From Polaribacter sp. (GTDB taxonomy: Bacteria > Bacteroidota > Bacteroidia > Flavobacteriales > Flavobacteriaceae): 64,000 nucleotides of DNA. The translations under genes were made by a program, and so were the position numbers. The notes beneath the pieces are model-generated. The model saw only the letters and a list, made by a program, of their open reading frames with translations, searched no databases and was not told the DNA's origin. Of this stretch, positions 9,447-19,057 are shown piece after piece. The DNA lies in the NCBI GenBank assembly GCA_034110665.1, contig JAWUYT010000038.1, positions 9,803-73,802 on the forward strand, written 5' to 3'. Numbering within the stretch: position 1 is the first letter of the stretch; each line of letters starts with the position of its first letter.

Positions 9447-11282
9447 ATGAACTTAAAAGGACTTTTTATTTTCGCTTTACCGATTATTTTTGCAAGTAAT
9501 TTATACTCGCAACAAGATTCTGTTGTTGTAAATCTAAATGCTTTTTCCTTATCTATTTCTAAAGTAAATGATTTTTCTAAAGGGTATAGTGCTATTTTAA
9601 TTTCAGATAGTTTAGTCAATAGAAATATAAGGTCTCTAACCGATATTTTAAAATTCAACTCTTTTATTTATTTTAAAGAAAATGGTCTAGGCATGGTTTC
9701 TTCGCCATCTTTTAGAGGAACTAGCGCCTCACATACTGCCGTGATTTGGAACGGTATCAATATCAATTCACAATTAAACGGTCAAGTAGATTTCAATGCG
9801 ATTTCAGGAAATTCTTATGATAATATAATAGTAAGAAGTGGAGGAGGAAGTGTTCTTTTTGGCAGTGGCGCTATTGGTGGATCGATTCATTTAGACAATC
9901 TTATTCAGTTTTCTAAACAAGAAAAGCATAAACTATTAGCAAATTATGGCAGTTTTAATACGCAACATATAAATTATGATTATGTAAAAGCCACCGATAA
10001 AAGTTTTATCAATGTTGGATTAGGGTATAATGCTTCTGATAATGATTTTAAGTATTTAGGTTCCAATTTAACCAATGAAAACGGGAGTTATTTAAATTAT
10101 AATTTTGATGTTAATTATGGATATAAAATCAATAAAAAACATCAACTTAAAATCTATTCTAGTACTTTTTTTGCGGATAGAAATTTATCAAGAACACTAA
10201 ACGCACCCTCTAATGATGGATATGAGGACATTAATAGTAAAAACTTGTTAGAGTGGAATTTCGCTTTATCTTCAAAAGAAGTAATTACTTCAAGAATCTC
10301 TTACATTTTTGAGAAATTTAAATACTTTGACAATAATCAAAATAAATCCAATTTTTCTGACGGAAATACCCAAAGAAAAATAGGGCAAATAGATTATATC
10401 AATAGCTTTTCTAGAAAATTAAAACTGAATGCTATTTTAGGTCTCGAGTCTGTAACTGCATCTGGATCTAGTTTTGATACTAATACCAGAAATATTCTTT
10501 CCGGGGTTGTGTCTTTAAATCATCAGCTTACTAAAAAGTTAAGTTATGGTATTCAATTAAGACAAGATGTTCAAAATGATTTCGATTCACCTTTTTTATA
10601 TTCTTTGGGAATAGAGCAAAAGTTTAGCGAAAAGTACACATTATCATTTAACACGTCAAAAAACTTTAGAATTCCCACTTTTAACGATTTGTATTGGCAA
10701 CCAGGAGGAAATATCAACTTAAAACCCGAGGATTCCTATCAATTTGAAATAGGAAATGCTATCAGTTTAAAAAACATTTCTCTTCAAGTTAACGGATTTT
10801 ACATCAAATCATCAGATTTAATTCAATGGATTCCGAATCCATCAGGCGTTTGGAGTCCTACCAATACAGATGAAACTAGAAATTTAGGAATTGAATTTTC
10901 GGCAAATTATAAAACTTCAATAAAAAATCATTTTATAGTAATCAATGCAAATTACGCTTATACACATGCTAAAGATTTAGAAACCAATCAACAATTAATT
11001 TCAGTGCCTAAAAACAGATTGAATGGGTTCGTCAATTATCAATATAAAAATTGGAGCGCCTTTTATCAGCTCTTATTTAATGACGATGTTCAGTTTTTAG
11101 TCGATACAATTCCGGCTTTTAAAGTCTCGAATGTTGGGGTTGAATATGAAATATCAACCTTAAAAAGCAACCCTAATATAGGGTTTGTGATCAATAATAT
11201 ACACAATACAAAGTATCAAAATACCTTAAACAGGCCAATGCCTGGCATTAATTTTCAAATAACAACAAATATAAATTTTTAA
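9447..11282 (+). CDS. btuB: TonB-dependent vitamin B12 receptor
   Basis: Plug motifs (SFRGT, GSGAIGGSI), FRIPTFNDLYW and a C-terminal Phe; directly behind the B12 riboswitch. Confidence 0.85.
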   Translation: MNLKGLFIFALPIIFASNLYSQQDSVVVNLNAFSLSISKVNDFSKGYSAILISDSLVNRNIRSLTDILKFNSFIYFKENGLGMVSSPSFRGTSASHTAVIWNGININSQLNGQVDFNAISGNSYDNIIVRSGGGSVLFGSGAIGGSIHLDNLIQFSKQEKHKLLANYGSFNTQHINYDYVKATDKSFINVGLGYNASDNDFKYLGSNLTNENGSYLNYNFDVNYGYKINKKHQLKIYSSTFFADRNLSRTLNAPSNDGYEDINSKNLLEWNFALSSKEVITSRISYIFEKFKYFDNNQNKSNFSDGNTQRKIGQIDYINSFSRKLKLNAILGLESVTASGSSFDTNTRNILSGVVSLNHQLTKKLSYGIQLRQDVQNDFDSPFLYSLGIEQKFSEKYTLSFNTSKNFRIPTFNDLYWQPGGNINLKPEDSYQFEIGNAISLKNISLQVNGFYIKSSDLIQWIPNPSGVWSPTNTDETRNLGIEFSANYKTSIKNHFIVINANYAYTHAKDLETNQQLISVPKNRLNGFVNYQYKNWSAFYQLLFNDDVQFLVDTIPAFKVSNVGVEYEISTLKSNPNIGFVINNIHNTKYQNTLNRPMPGINFQITTNINF

Positions 11283-11285
11283 AGA

Positions 11286-12344
11286 ATGAATTTAAAAAAA
11301 ACAGTAGTTTTAATAGCGATATCTGGCTTTTTATTTGCTTCGTGTGATAAGGACAACGAACTAGTATTGCCAAAAGGAGATTATGATAACGGAATATTAA
11401 TTGCGAATGAAGGCGCATTTTCTGGAGGCACAGGAACTGTGACTTTTATTTCTGATGATTATACAGTTACCGAAGAAAAAATTTACAATAAAGTAAACGA
11501 TGAGAATATTGGTACCATTTTACAATCCATAGGTTTTAATAATGATGATGCGTATTTAATTGCTAATGTTGGAAATAAGATAGCCGTTGCGGATAGATTT
11601 ACGATGAAAAAAATCACTGAAATTACAGGTGATTTAAACAACCCAAGATATATTGCTTTTGCTAATGGAAAAGGATTTGTCACCAATTGGGGAGATGGTT
11701 CTAACACAACAGATGATTTTGTTGCAGTGATCGATTTAACAACAAACACAATTTCGAATAAGATATCTGTAGCAGAAGGACCTGAACAAATTATTGCCAA
11801 TGGTAATTTTTTATATGTATCTCACAAAGGTGGTTTCGGATCTGGAAGCACGGTTAGTGTTATAAACGCATCTACAAATACGATTGTAAAAATGATTTCT
11901 GTAGGCGATATCCCTGATGAGTTAGCAATCGACGCTAGTGGTAACGTTTTAGTCTCTTGTGAAGGTAAAGCTGAAACATCTTGGAACCCAACAGAGGTTT
12001 TAGGAAGTTTAGTAACCATTAATACAACAAGTAATGAAGTAAGTGCTACTTTAGAATTTGATTCTGGTTTTCATCCAAATGCTATGGTTTTGAATTCTGG
12101 AAATATTTATTTATCAACTTCAAGTAGTGTTTATAAAATGTTGGAAAGTGCAACAACAATTCCAGCATCAGCAATCATAAATACCACGGTTTATGGAATT
12201 TCTGTAAATGAAAATAAAGTGTACATAACAGATGCCAAAGATTTTCAGAATAACGGAACTTTAAAAATATTTGATGCAACAACGAATGTTGAACTGAAAG
12301 AATTTACTGTAGGATTAATACCTGGCAAAATTTATTTTAATTAA
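11286..12344 (+). CDS. BtuG-like (YncE/DUF5074) beta-propeller surface lipoprotein
   Basis: Lipobox FASC, NEG and NPRY/GPEQ propeller repeats, end VGLIPGKIYFN; immediately after btuB. Confidence 0.8.
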   Translation: MNLKKTVVLIAISGFLFASCDKDNELVLPKGDYDNGILIANEGAFSGGTGTVTFISDDYTVTEEKIYNKVNDENIGTILQSIGFNNDDAYLIANVGNKIAVADRFTMKKITEITGDLNNPRYIAFANGKGFVTNWGDGSNTTDDFVAVIDLTTNTISNKISVAEGPEQIIANGNFLYVSHKGGFGSGSTVSVINASTNTIVKMISVGDIPDELAIDASGNVLVSCEGKAETSWNPTEVLGSLVTINTTSNEVSATLEFDSGFHPNAMVLNSGNIYLSTSSSVYKMLESATTIPASAIINTTVYGISVNENKVYITDAKDFQNNGTLKIFDATTNVELKEFTVGLIPGKIYFN

Positions 12345-12410
12345 GAGATAAAACCTATAAAATTGAAATGTAATTCAATTTATAGTAGTGAAAGTATATT
12401 GAAAAAGAAG

Positions 12411-12458
12411 AAAGGGCTCTAGGTACTAAAATAAATTTAGTGCGTCTGGAGCCTTTTT
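12411..12458. terminator. Probable bidirectional terminator between convergent genes
   Basis: Imperfect stem AAAGGGCTCTAGGTACTAAA...TTTAGTGCGTCTGGAGCCTTTTT. Confidence 0.55.
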
Positions 12459-12460
12459 GA

Positions 12461-12973
12461 TTATAATAACTTTTTTACCTCATTTTTAATAAAAGCAATA
12501 GCTGTTTCTGTGGGTGGTAACGTTTTAGAATAATCAATTAATACATTTTCTCTCATGTCATTTGCAGAGTTTGAAATTTTTGCAACTTGTTTTAGTTTAT
12601 TAATCACTGCACTTTTGGCAGCATAAATAGCGGTCCAACTGTCATCAGAAACATAAATTTGTTGTACTAAATTATGCTCAAATTCTTGTTCTATATTGCC
12701 AATTAAAAGCTGTAAGTATGCGTTTTTGTCTGCTGATATTGGCTGTATTCTAACCAACATTTTTGCAGGGTTTATTCGCTCGCAAAACAATAAAAGTCGT
12801 TCACAAGCTTGTAACTTAATCGGCAAAGAATCTTTTCTTTTTGCAGCCAATAATTCTAATGTCTTTTCAGAATTTTGATTTTTTATAAACCCCTTAAACA
12901 TATAATAAGCAACAAAGCCAGTTACAGCAGCTGGTAAAATGTAGGCGATACTCTCTAATAATTTATCTTCCAT
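12461..12973 (-). CDS. Conserved Bacteroidetes membrane-anchored hypothetical protein
   Basis: N-terminal TM helix, QACERLLLFCERI and EFEHNLVQQIYVS motifs. Confidence 0.7.
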   Translation of the reverse strand: MEDKLLESIAYILPAAVTGFVAYYMFKGFIKNQNSEKTLELLAAKRKDSLPIKLQACERLLLFCERINPAKMLVRIQPISADKNAYLQLLIGNIEQEFEHNLVQQIYVSDDSWTAIYAAKSAVINKLKQVAKISNSANDMRENVLIDYSKTLPPTETAIAFIKNEVKKLL

Positions 12974-12976
12974 GGA

Positions 12977-13696
12977 TTAAAGTAGATTTAAAACATACAA
13001 ATATAAAACTCCTAAAAGTATCGCAATCCCAAAACTTAATAAAGTTCCTATCAAAATATATTCTGTGAGCTTTCTGTCTTTGGATGACGTTAAATCTCCA
13101 AATCTGAAAACAGATTTTGCAGCTAGTAAAAACCCGATAGCTTCCCAATGGTTGGTGATTACAAAAGTGAATACAAATAAACGTTCTAAAATGCCAATGT
13201 AACGCCCTGCTTTTGCTAAAGAATCATCATTTTCTTTTTTGTTTTCAGGATTCCACTGTGTAATAATAAGTTTGATGATAATTGCAGAAACAGAAATAAC
13301 CAACAGTAAAAAAATCAGGAACAATAAGCTTTTTTCTGTGATGATATTCTGCAAAGAAAACGAAAAATTACTGTAGATGGATGTTGCGAATATCAGCAAT
13401 AAAAGATGCAGAATTTGGTCTATAAAAAACCAAATACGTTTGGTTCTTTTCTTTTGAAAATAGAGTTTTAGGATATCAATTAAATAATGAGAACTAATAA
13501 TTAATAAAAAACCGAACCAATATTCTTTTAAATTAAGTTGAAGTATCCCTGCTAATAAAATAGCATGAATGCCAACATGAAAATATAATTTAATAGATTT
13601 TACTTTATTCTCTTCTTTGTCTTTTACCCATTTTTCTGGTTGAAAAACGAAATCACCTAAAAGATGAGCTAATAAAAATTTAAAAAATAAGATCAT
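12977..13696 (-). CDS. DUF3307 family multi-pass membrane protein
   Basis: AHLLGDFVFQ, HVGIH, SHYLID, DQILH, IGILER, AAKSVFRF and EYILIGTL motifs; ATGA-coupled to SatD. Confidence 0.82.
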   Translation of the reverse strand: MILFFKFLLAHLLGDFVFQPEKWVKDKEENKVKSIKLYFHVGIHAILLAGILQLNLKEYWFGFLLIISSHYLIDILKLYFQKKRTKRIWFFIDQILHLLLLIFATSIYSNFSFSLQNIITEKSLLFLIFLLLVISVSAIIIKLIITQWNPENKKENDDSLAKAGRYIGILERLFVFTFVITNHWEAIGFLLAAKSVFRFGDLTSSKDRKLTEYILIGTLLSFGIAILLGVLYLYVLNLL

Positions 13697-14313
13697 CGGT
13701 AAGCGTTTATATTCTGATGGATTAATTTTTGAAATCGTTTTTCTAACTTCATAACTTGTTCAAAACCTGCTCTTGTTTGGCGTTCACTAACTCTCCCTTG
13801 CGTAATTCCTAGCAAAGTTGCAATTTCCTTTTGGGTACTATTCTCCAATTCTAAAGAGATTTTAAAAACTTCTGCAGAATTTATAGTCCAAGAATCCATG
13901 GTTAACAAAGCCAAATCAAAGGCTAAGTTTAATTCTTCATCTATTGCCGGCCAAGGTGTTTTTATGGCTAATGATTGTTTTTTTAAGTAGGTATCAAAAG
14001 CTAATCCAGAATTGATAAATGCTTCTCCGTTCGCTTCTGTAATTTTGTCAGCATCAAATTCCTTTTCTCCAATTCCGATTCCAATTCGAACATCAATATT
14101 GTCTATTTTTTTAAGTGTAGCTTTTATTTTTAAGGCTGTATAAAATGCTTTTTCACAGTTTTCTATTTCTAATTGAAAACTATCTCCTCTATAAATCTGC
14201 CAATATTTTGGAGAGGTACTAAAAGTACTCAAAGTTTCTTTTAGTGTTTTTAACCAAAAATTACCCTCTTTTTTTCGAGAATTGATAATATCACCTGTTA
14301 AAATACTTGTCAT
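13693..14313 (-). CDS. SatD family protein (nucleotidyl-cyclase-like palm domain + C-terminal HTH)
   Basis: ILTGDIINS, YRGDSFQ, VRIGIGIG and NGEAF motifs; HTH TQKEIATLLGITQGRVSER. Confidence 0.82.
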   Translation of the reverse strand: MTSILTGDIINSRKKEGNFWLKTLKETLSTFSTSPKYWQIYRGDSFQLEIENCEKAFYTALKIKATLKKIDNIDVRIGIGIGEKEFDADKITEANGEAFINSGLAFDTYLKKQSLAIKTPWPAIDEELNLAFDLALLTMDSWTINSAEVFKISLELENSTQKEIATLLGITQGRVSERQTRAGFEQVMKLEKRFQKLIHQNINAYR

Positions 14314-14332
14314 AATACTGATTAATTTTTAT

Positions 14333-14364
14333 CAAAGATATACTTTGTTTCATAAAAAAACAAA
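14333..14364 (-). promoter_or_regulatory. Bacteroidetes primary-sigma promoter of SatD
   Basis: -33 TTTG (14364-14361), 20-nt spacer, -7 TATCTTTG (14340-14333). Confidence 0.7.
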
Positions 14365-14365
14365 A

Positions 14366-14443
14366 TTATCTGCCTATAAGCAGATAATTATGTTTATCTG
14401 CTTATAGGCAGATTGTTTTTTTTATCTGCCTATAGGCAGATAA
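14366..14443. repeat. Three 22-bp palindromes at 28-bp period (putative operator array)
   Basis: TTATCTGCCTATAAGCAGATAA (14366), TTATCTGCTTATAGGCAGATTG (14394), TTATCTGCCTATAGGCAGATAA (14422, perfect palindrome). Confidence 0.92.
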
Positions 14444-14599
14444 TAACTGAGTTGATATGGATTCTATATTCTAAAATTCTATGTTTAATTTTATATCAAT
14501 TTTAAAATAATAACTTGTGAATAAAAACTCACAACCTTCCTGTATAGAAACGAATAGTTTGGCTAAATTCACACTTTCAAACTCTATCAAAATATTCTA

Positions 14600-16921
14600 T
14601 TGAATACATACTTAAATTCTTTAAACGAAGCACAAAAGCAGGCAGTCTTACAAAAGGATGGACCCATGATTATTATAGCAGGTGCAGGTTCTGGTAAAAC
14701 ACGTGTTTTAACCTACAGAATTGCACATTTAATGCAATCAGGTGTTGATGCATTTAACATTTTGTCTCTTACATTTACTAATAAAGCAGCTAAAGAAATG
14801 AAGGCAAGGATTGCCGGAGTTGTTGGCCAAAGTGAAGCAAAAAATCTTTGGATGGGAACTTTTCACTCCGTTTTTGCCAGAATTTTACGTTCAGAATCAG
14901 ATAAATTAGGTTTTCCATCAAATTTCACGATTTACGATACACAAGATTCCGTTCGTTTAATAAGTTCTATTATTAAAGAAATGGGTTTAGACAAAGAGCG
15001 TTATAAGCCAAAACAGATTTTAGGCAGAATTTCATCCTTTAAAAATAGTTTAGTTACCGTAAGAGCTTATTTTAATAATGCTGATTTGCAAGAGGCAGAT
15101 TTGCATGCAAGCAGGCCAAAAGTAGGGGATATTTATAGAAATTATGTAGATAGATGTTTTAAAGCGGGTGCCATGGATTTTGATGATTTATTATTGAGAA
15201 CCAATGAATTACTAGCACGATTTCCTGAATCTTTAGCAAAATATCAAGACCGTTTTAGATATATCATGGTCGATGAATACCAAGATACAAACCATTCGCA
15301 ATATATAATTGTGAGAGCATTGGCAGATAAATTTGGAAATATTTGTGTGGTTGGTGACGATTCTCAAAGTATTTATAGTTTTAGAGGTGCTAATATTGAG
15401 AACATCTTAAACTTTCAGAAAGATTATCCCGATGTAAAAACGTTTAAGCTTGAACAAAATTACCGTTCAACAAAAAATATAGTGAATGCTGCAAATTCGG
15501 TAATTGCAAGAAACAAAACAAAATTAGACAAAGAAGTTTGGACGTCTAATGATGCGGGGGATTCTATCAACGTAATGCGCACCATTTCTGACGGAGAAGA
15601 AGGTCGTTTTGTAGCCCAATCTATTTGGGAAAACCAAATGAATAATCAATTAACACCCGATGATTTTTGTGTATTGTATAGAACAAATTCACAATCAAGG
15701 GCCATTGAAGATGCGTTAAGAAAAAAAGGAATTGATTATAAAATTTATGGTGGAATTTCTTTCTACCAAAGAAAAGAAATCAAAGATATTTTATCTTATT
15801 TGCGCATTTTAATCAATCCTAATGATGAAGAAGCATTTAAGAGAATTATCAATTATCCTGCAAGAGGAATTGGTGCAACAACCATCGATAGATTAACAAT
15901 CGCAGCAAATCATTATAAAAAATCAATTTTTGATGTTTTAAAGTATATTGATAAAATCGATTTAAAAATAAATTCTGGAACTAAAAATAAGCTTCAGAAT
16001 TTTATGAATATGATTTTGAGTTTACAAATAGAATCGCAAACTAAAAATGCATTTGAAATTGCAGAGATTGTTGTAAAACAGGCAAAATTAATTAAAGATT
16101 TAGAAAAGGATGGTACACCAGAGGCCGTTAGTAAAGTAGAAAATGTTCAGGAACTTTTAAACGGAATTAAAGATTTTATTACTGATAAAATAGAACAAGG
16201 AGAAGATGCCTCTTTAACTTCGTTTTTAGAAGATGTTGCATTGGCCACAGATTTCGATTCTAAAAAAGATGATGACAAACCAAGTGTTTCTTTAATGACC
16301 ATTCATCAATCTAAAGGTTTAGAGTATATGTATGTTTATATTGTTGGTTTAGAGGAAAATTTATTTCCGTCAGCAATGAGTATGAATACAAGAAGTGAGT
16401 TAGAAGAGGAGCGCAGGTTGTTTTATGTAGCGATCACAAGAGCAGAAAAAGTTGCTTATTTAACTTATGCACAAACACGCTATCGATGGGGTAAACTAAT
16501 TGATGCTGAACCAAGCAGGTTTTTAGAAGAAATTGATGATCAGTATTTATATTATATTACACCAAAAATGCCTGAACCCTCTATAAATAAATTTATAGAT
16601 AAGAGTATTTTTGAGGATGCACCTAAAGGAATTCGTTTCCAAAAACCAATTCAGCGTAAAAAAATGGAACGTGATTTGGTTAAAAAGAAAGAAATCATTG
16701 TTCCTAAAAACTTAAAAAAAGCATCAGACACTGCGTCTAAAGCAAATTTATTTGATAATAATATTGTTGTTGGTAATATTATTGAACATGATCGTTTTGG
16801 CAGAGGAGAAGTACTTTCTTTAGAAGGAAAAGGTCCAGATAAAAAAGCAATGATTAAATTTGGAACCGCAGGAAAGAAAAATCTTTTACTACGTTTTGTG
16901 AAATTAAAAATTATTGGTTAA
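14600..16921 (+). CDS. pcrA: ATP-dependent DNA helicase PcrA/UvrD
   Basis: AGAGSGKT, VDEYQD, QNYRST and EERRLFYVA motifs; Tudor-like C-terminus; TTG start. Confidence 0.92.
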   Translation: MNTYLNSLNEAQKQAVLQKDGPMIIIAGAGSGKTRVLTYRIAHLMQSGVDAFNILSLTFTNKAAKEMKARIAGVVGQSEAKNLWMGTFHSVFARILRSESDKLGFPSNFTIYDTQDSVRLISSIIKEMGLDKERYKPKQILGRISSFKNSLVTVRAYFNNADLQEADLHASRPKVGDIYRNYVDRCFKAGAMDFDDLLLRTNELLARFPESLAKYQDRFRYIMVDEYQDTNHSQYIIVRALADKFGNICVVGDDSQSIYSFRGANIENILNFQKDYPDVKTFKLEQNYRSTKNIVNAANSVIARNKTKLDKEVWTSNDAGDSINVMRTISDGEEGRFVAQSIWENQMNNQLTPDDFCVLYRTNSQSRAIEDALRKKGIDYKIYGGISFYQRKEIKDILSYLRILINPNDEEAFKRIINYPARGIGATTIDRLTIAANHYKKSIFDVLKYIDKIDLKINSGTKNKLQNFMNMILSLQIESQTKNAFEIAEIVVKQAKLIKDLEKDGTPEAVSKVENVQELLNGIKDFITDKIEQGEDASLTSFLEDVALATDFDSKKDDDKPSVSLMTIHQSKGLEYMYVYIVGLEENLFPSAMSMNTRSELEEERRLFYVAITRAEKVAYLTYAQTRYRWGKLIDAEPSRFLEEIDDQYLYYITPKMPEPSINKFIDKSIFEDAPKGIRFQKPIQRKKMERDLVKKKEIIVPKNLKKASDTASKANLFDNNIVVGNIIEHDRFGRGEVLSLEGKGPDKKAMIKFGTAGKKNLLLRFVKLKIIG

Positions 16922-17050
16922 AAACCATCCGTAAAACTAAAATAAAGTGCTATTTTGCAACGTTAAATAACTACAACAGTATAAATTTGCAGTCCGAACT
17001 TCACGTTTTCCATGCGTGATGTATTGAGAGCAAACTTCAAAAATAAATAA

Positions 17051-17704
17051 ATGACATTCGATTTAGAATATAATTCAGGAAGACCGTTAATGATAATACC
17101 AGAATACGGTAGACATATACAGAAATTAGTAGACCATTGTTTGGCTTTAGATACTAAAGAAGAACGCGATAAAATGGCCAAAGCAATTGTAGATGTTATG
17201 GGGAATTTACAACCGCATTTGCGTGATGTTCCAGACTTTAAACATAAATTATGGGATCAGTTGTATATTATGTCAGACTTTAAATTGGATGCAGATTCAC
17301 CGTATGCAATTCCTTCTAGAGAGGAGTTACAAGAAAAACCAGAAGGTTTGCCTTACCCTAAATATGCATCGAAATATAGATATTACGGCAACAATATTCA
17401 AACAATGATTGACATTGCTTTGAGTTGGGAAGAGGGTGATAAGAGAGAGGCTTTGATCTTTACCATTGCGAATCACATGAAAAAATGTTACTTAAATTGG
17501 AACAAAGATACGGTTGATGATGCTGTTATTTTTAAGCATTTATTTGATTTGTCTGGTGAAAAATTTGATTTGAGAAATTCTGATGAAGAATTATCAGAAA
17601 GTAAAAACTTATTAAGAAAAAGAAATTCTCAAGGTCAGAATACTTCTAAAACTGTTCACAAGAAACCACACCATAATAATCAGAATAAAAATAGAAAAAG
17701 ATAA
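17051..17704 (+). CDS. DUF4290 family protein
   Basis: LEYN..R..IPEYGRHIQK and KHKLWD motifs; directly upstream of murA. Confidence 0.82.
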   Translation: MTFDLEYNSGRPLMIIPEYGRHIQKLVDHCLALDTKEERDKMAKAIVDVMGNLQPHLRDVPDFKHKLWDQLYIMSDFKLDADSPYAIPSREELQEKPEGLPYPKYASKYRYYGNNIQTMIDIALSWEEGDKREALIFTIANHMKKCYLNWNKDTVDDAVIFKHLFDLSGEKFDLRNSDEELSESKNLLRKRNSQGQNTSKTVHKKPHHNNQNKNRKR

Positions 17705-17710
17705 AAGTCA

Positions 17711-19021
17711 ATGGCATCATTTAAAATTGAAGGCGGTCATAAATTAAACGGAACAATTACTCCTCAAGGAGCAAAAAATGAAGTTTTACAAATACTTTGC
17801 GCAGTTTTATTAACTCCAGAAAAAGTAATTATTAATAATGTCCCAGATATTATTGATGTAAATAAGCTGATTTTTATTTTAGGAAAATTAGGTGTTAAAG
17901 TTGAAAAATTAAGCAGAAATTCTTATTCTTTTCAGGCGGACAACCTTAATTTAAAATATTTAGAATCTGCTGATTTTAAAAGAGATGGAAGTTCATTACG
18001 GGGATCAATTATGATTATTGGACCATTATTAGCTCGTTTTGGAAAAGGCTATATTCCAAGACCTGGGGGAGATAAAATTGGAAGAAGAAGATTAGATACT
18101 CATTTTGAGGGTTTTATTAGATTGGGTGCAAAATTTAGATATAATAAAGAAGAGCATTTTTATGGTGTAGAGGCAGACGAATTAATCGGTACAGATATGT
18201 TGTTAGATGAAGCTTCTGTTACCGGAACTGCAAACATATTAATGGCGTCTGTTTTAGCAACAGGAACTACCACAATTTACAATGCTGCTTGTGAACCTTA
18301 CATTCAGCAATTATGTAAAATGTTAAATTCTATGGGCGCAAATATTACAGGCATTGGCTCTAATTTATTAACCATTATAGGGGTCGATAATTTAGGAGGT
18401 TGTAAGCATACTGTTTTACCTGATATGATTGAAATTGGTTCTTGGATTGGCGTTGCGGTAATGACACATTCAGAATTAACAATCAAAAATGTGAGCTGGG
18501 AAAATTTAGGACAAATTCCGAATGTTTTCAGAAAACTTGGAATTAAGTTTGAAAAAAGAGGTGATGATATTTATATTCCAGAACAAAAATCGTATAAAAT
18601 TCAGAATTATATAGATGGTTCTGTTTTAACAGTTGCAGATGCTCCTTGGCCCGGTTTTACTCCAGATTTATTAAGTATTGTATTAGTAATTGCTACACAA
18701 GCAAAAGGAACTGTTTTAATACATCAAAAAATGTTTGAAAGCAGGTTGTTTTTCGTTGATAAGTTGATTGATATGGGCGCAAAAGTTATTTTATGTGACC
18801 CGCACAGAGCTACAGTAATCGGAATGAATTTTAAAAGTTCATTAAAAGCAACTAAAATGACTTCCCCAGATATTAGAGCTGGTATTTCATTATTGATTGC
18901 TGCACTTTCTGCAAAAGGAACATCAATCATTAATAATATTGAACAAATAGATAGAGGTTATGAAAATATAGAAGCTCGTTTAAAATCTATTGGTGCAAAA
19001 ATTGAAAGAATTGAAAATTAA
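17711..19021 (+). CDS. murA: UDP-N-acetylglucosamine 1-carboxyvinyltransferase
   Basis: GAKN, PGGDKIGRR (Asp in place of the fosfomycin-target Cys), PWPGFTPD and IDRGYE motifs. Confidence 0.95.
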   Translation: MASFKIEGGHKLNGTITPQGAKNEVLQILCAVLLTPEKVIINNVPDIIDVNKLIFILGKLGVKVEKLSRNSYSFQADNLNLKYLESADFKRDGSSLRGSIMIIGPLLARFGKGYIPRPGGDKIGRRRLDTHFEGFIRLGAKFRYNKEEHFYGVEADELIGTDMLLDEASVTGTANILMASVLATGTTTIYNAACEPYIQQLCKMLNSMGANITGIGSNLLTIIGVDNLGGCKHTVLPDMIEIGSWIGVAVMTHSELTIKNVSWENLGQIPNVFRKLGIKFEKRGDDIYIPEQKSYKIQNYIDGSVLTVADAPWPGFTPDLLSIVLVIATQAKGTVLIHQKMFESRLFFVDKLIDMGAKVILCDPHRATVIGMNFKSSLKATKMTSPDIRAGISLLIAALSAKGTSIINNIEQIDRGYENIEARLKSIGAKIERIEN

Positions 19022-19057
19022 GAAAAAGTTTTAATTAATTATTTTAACTTTTATAGT

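Noticed and set aside
9440-9499. Out-of-frame 19-codon ORF overlapping the btuB start
   Set aside because: No evidence beyond a chance ATG.
14366-14443. CRISPR mini-array interpretation of the triple palindrome
   Set aside because: Spacers are only 6 bp (TTATGT, TTTTTT) and no cas genes are present; the position at a promoter fits operators.
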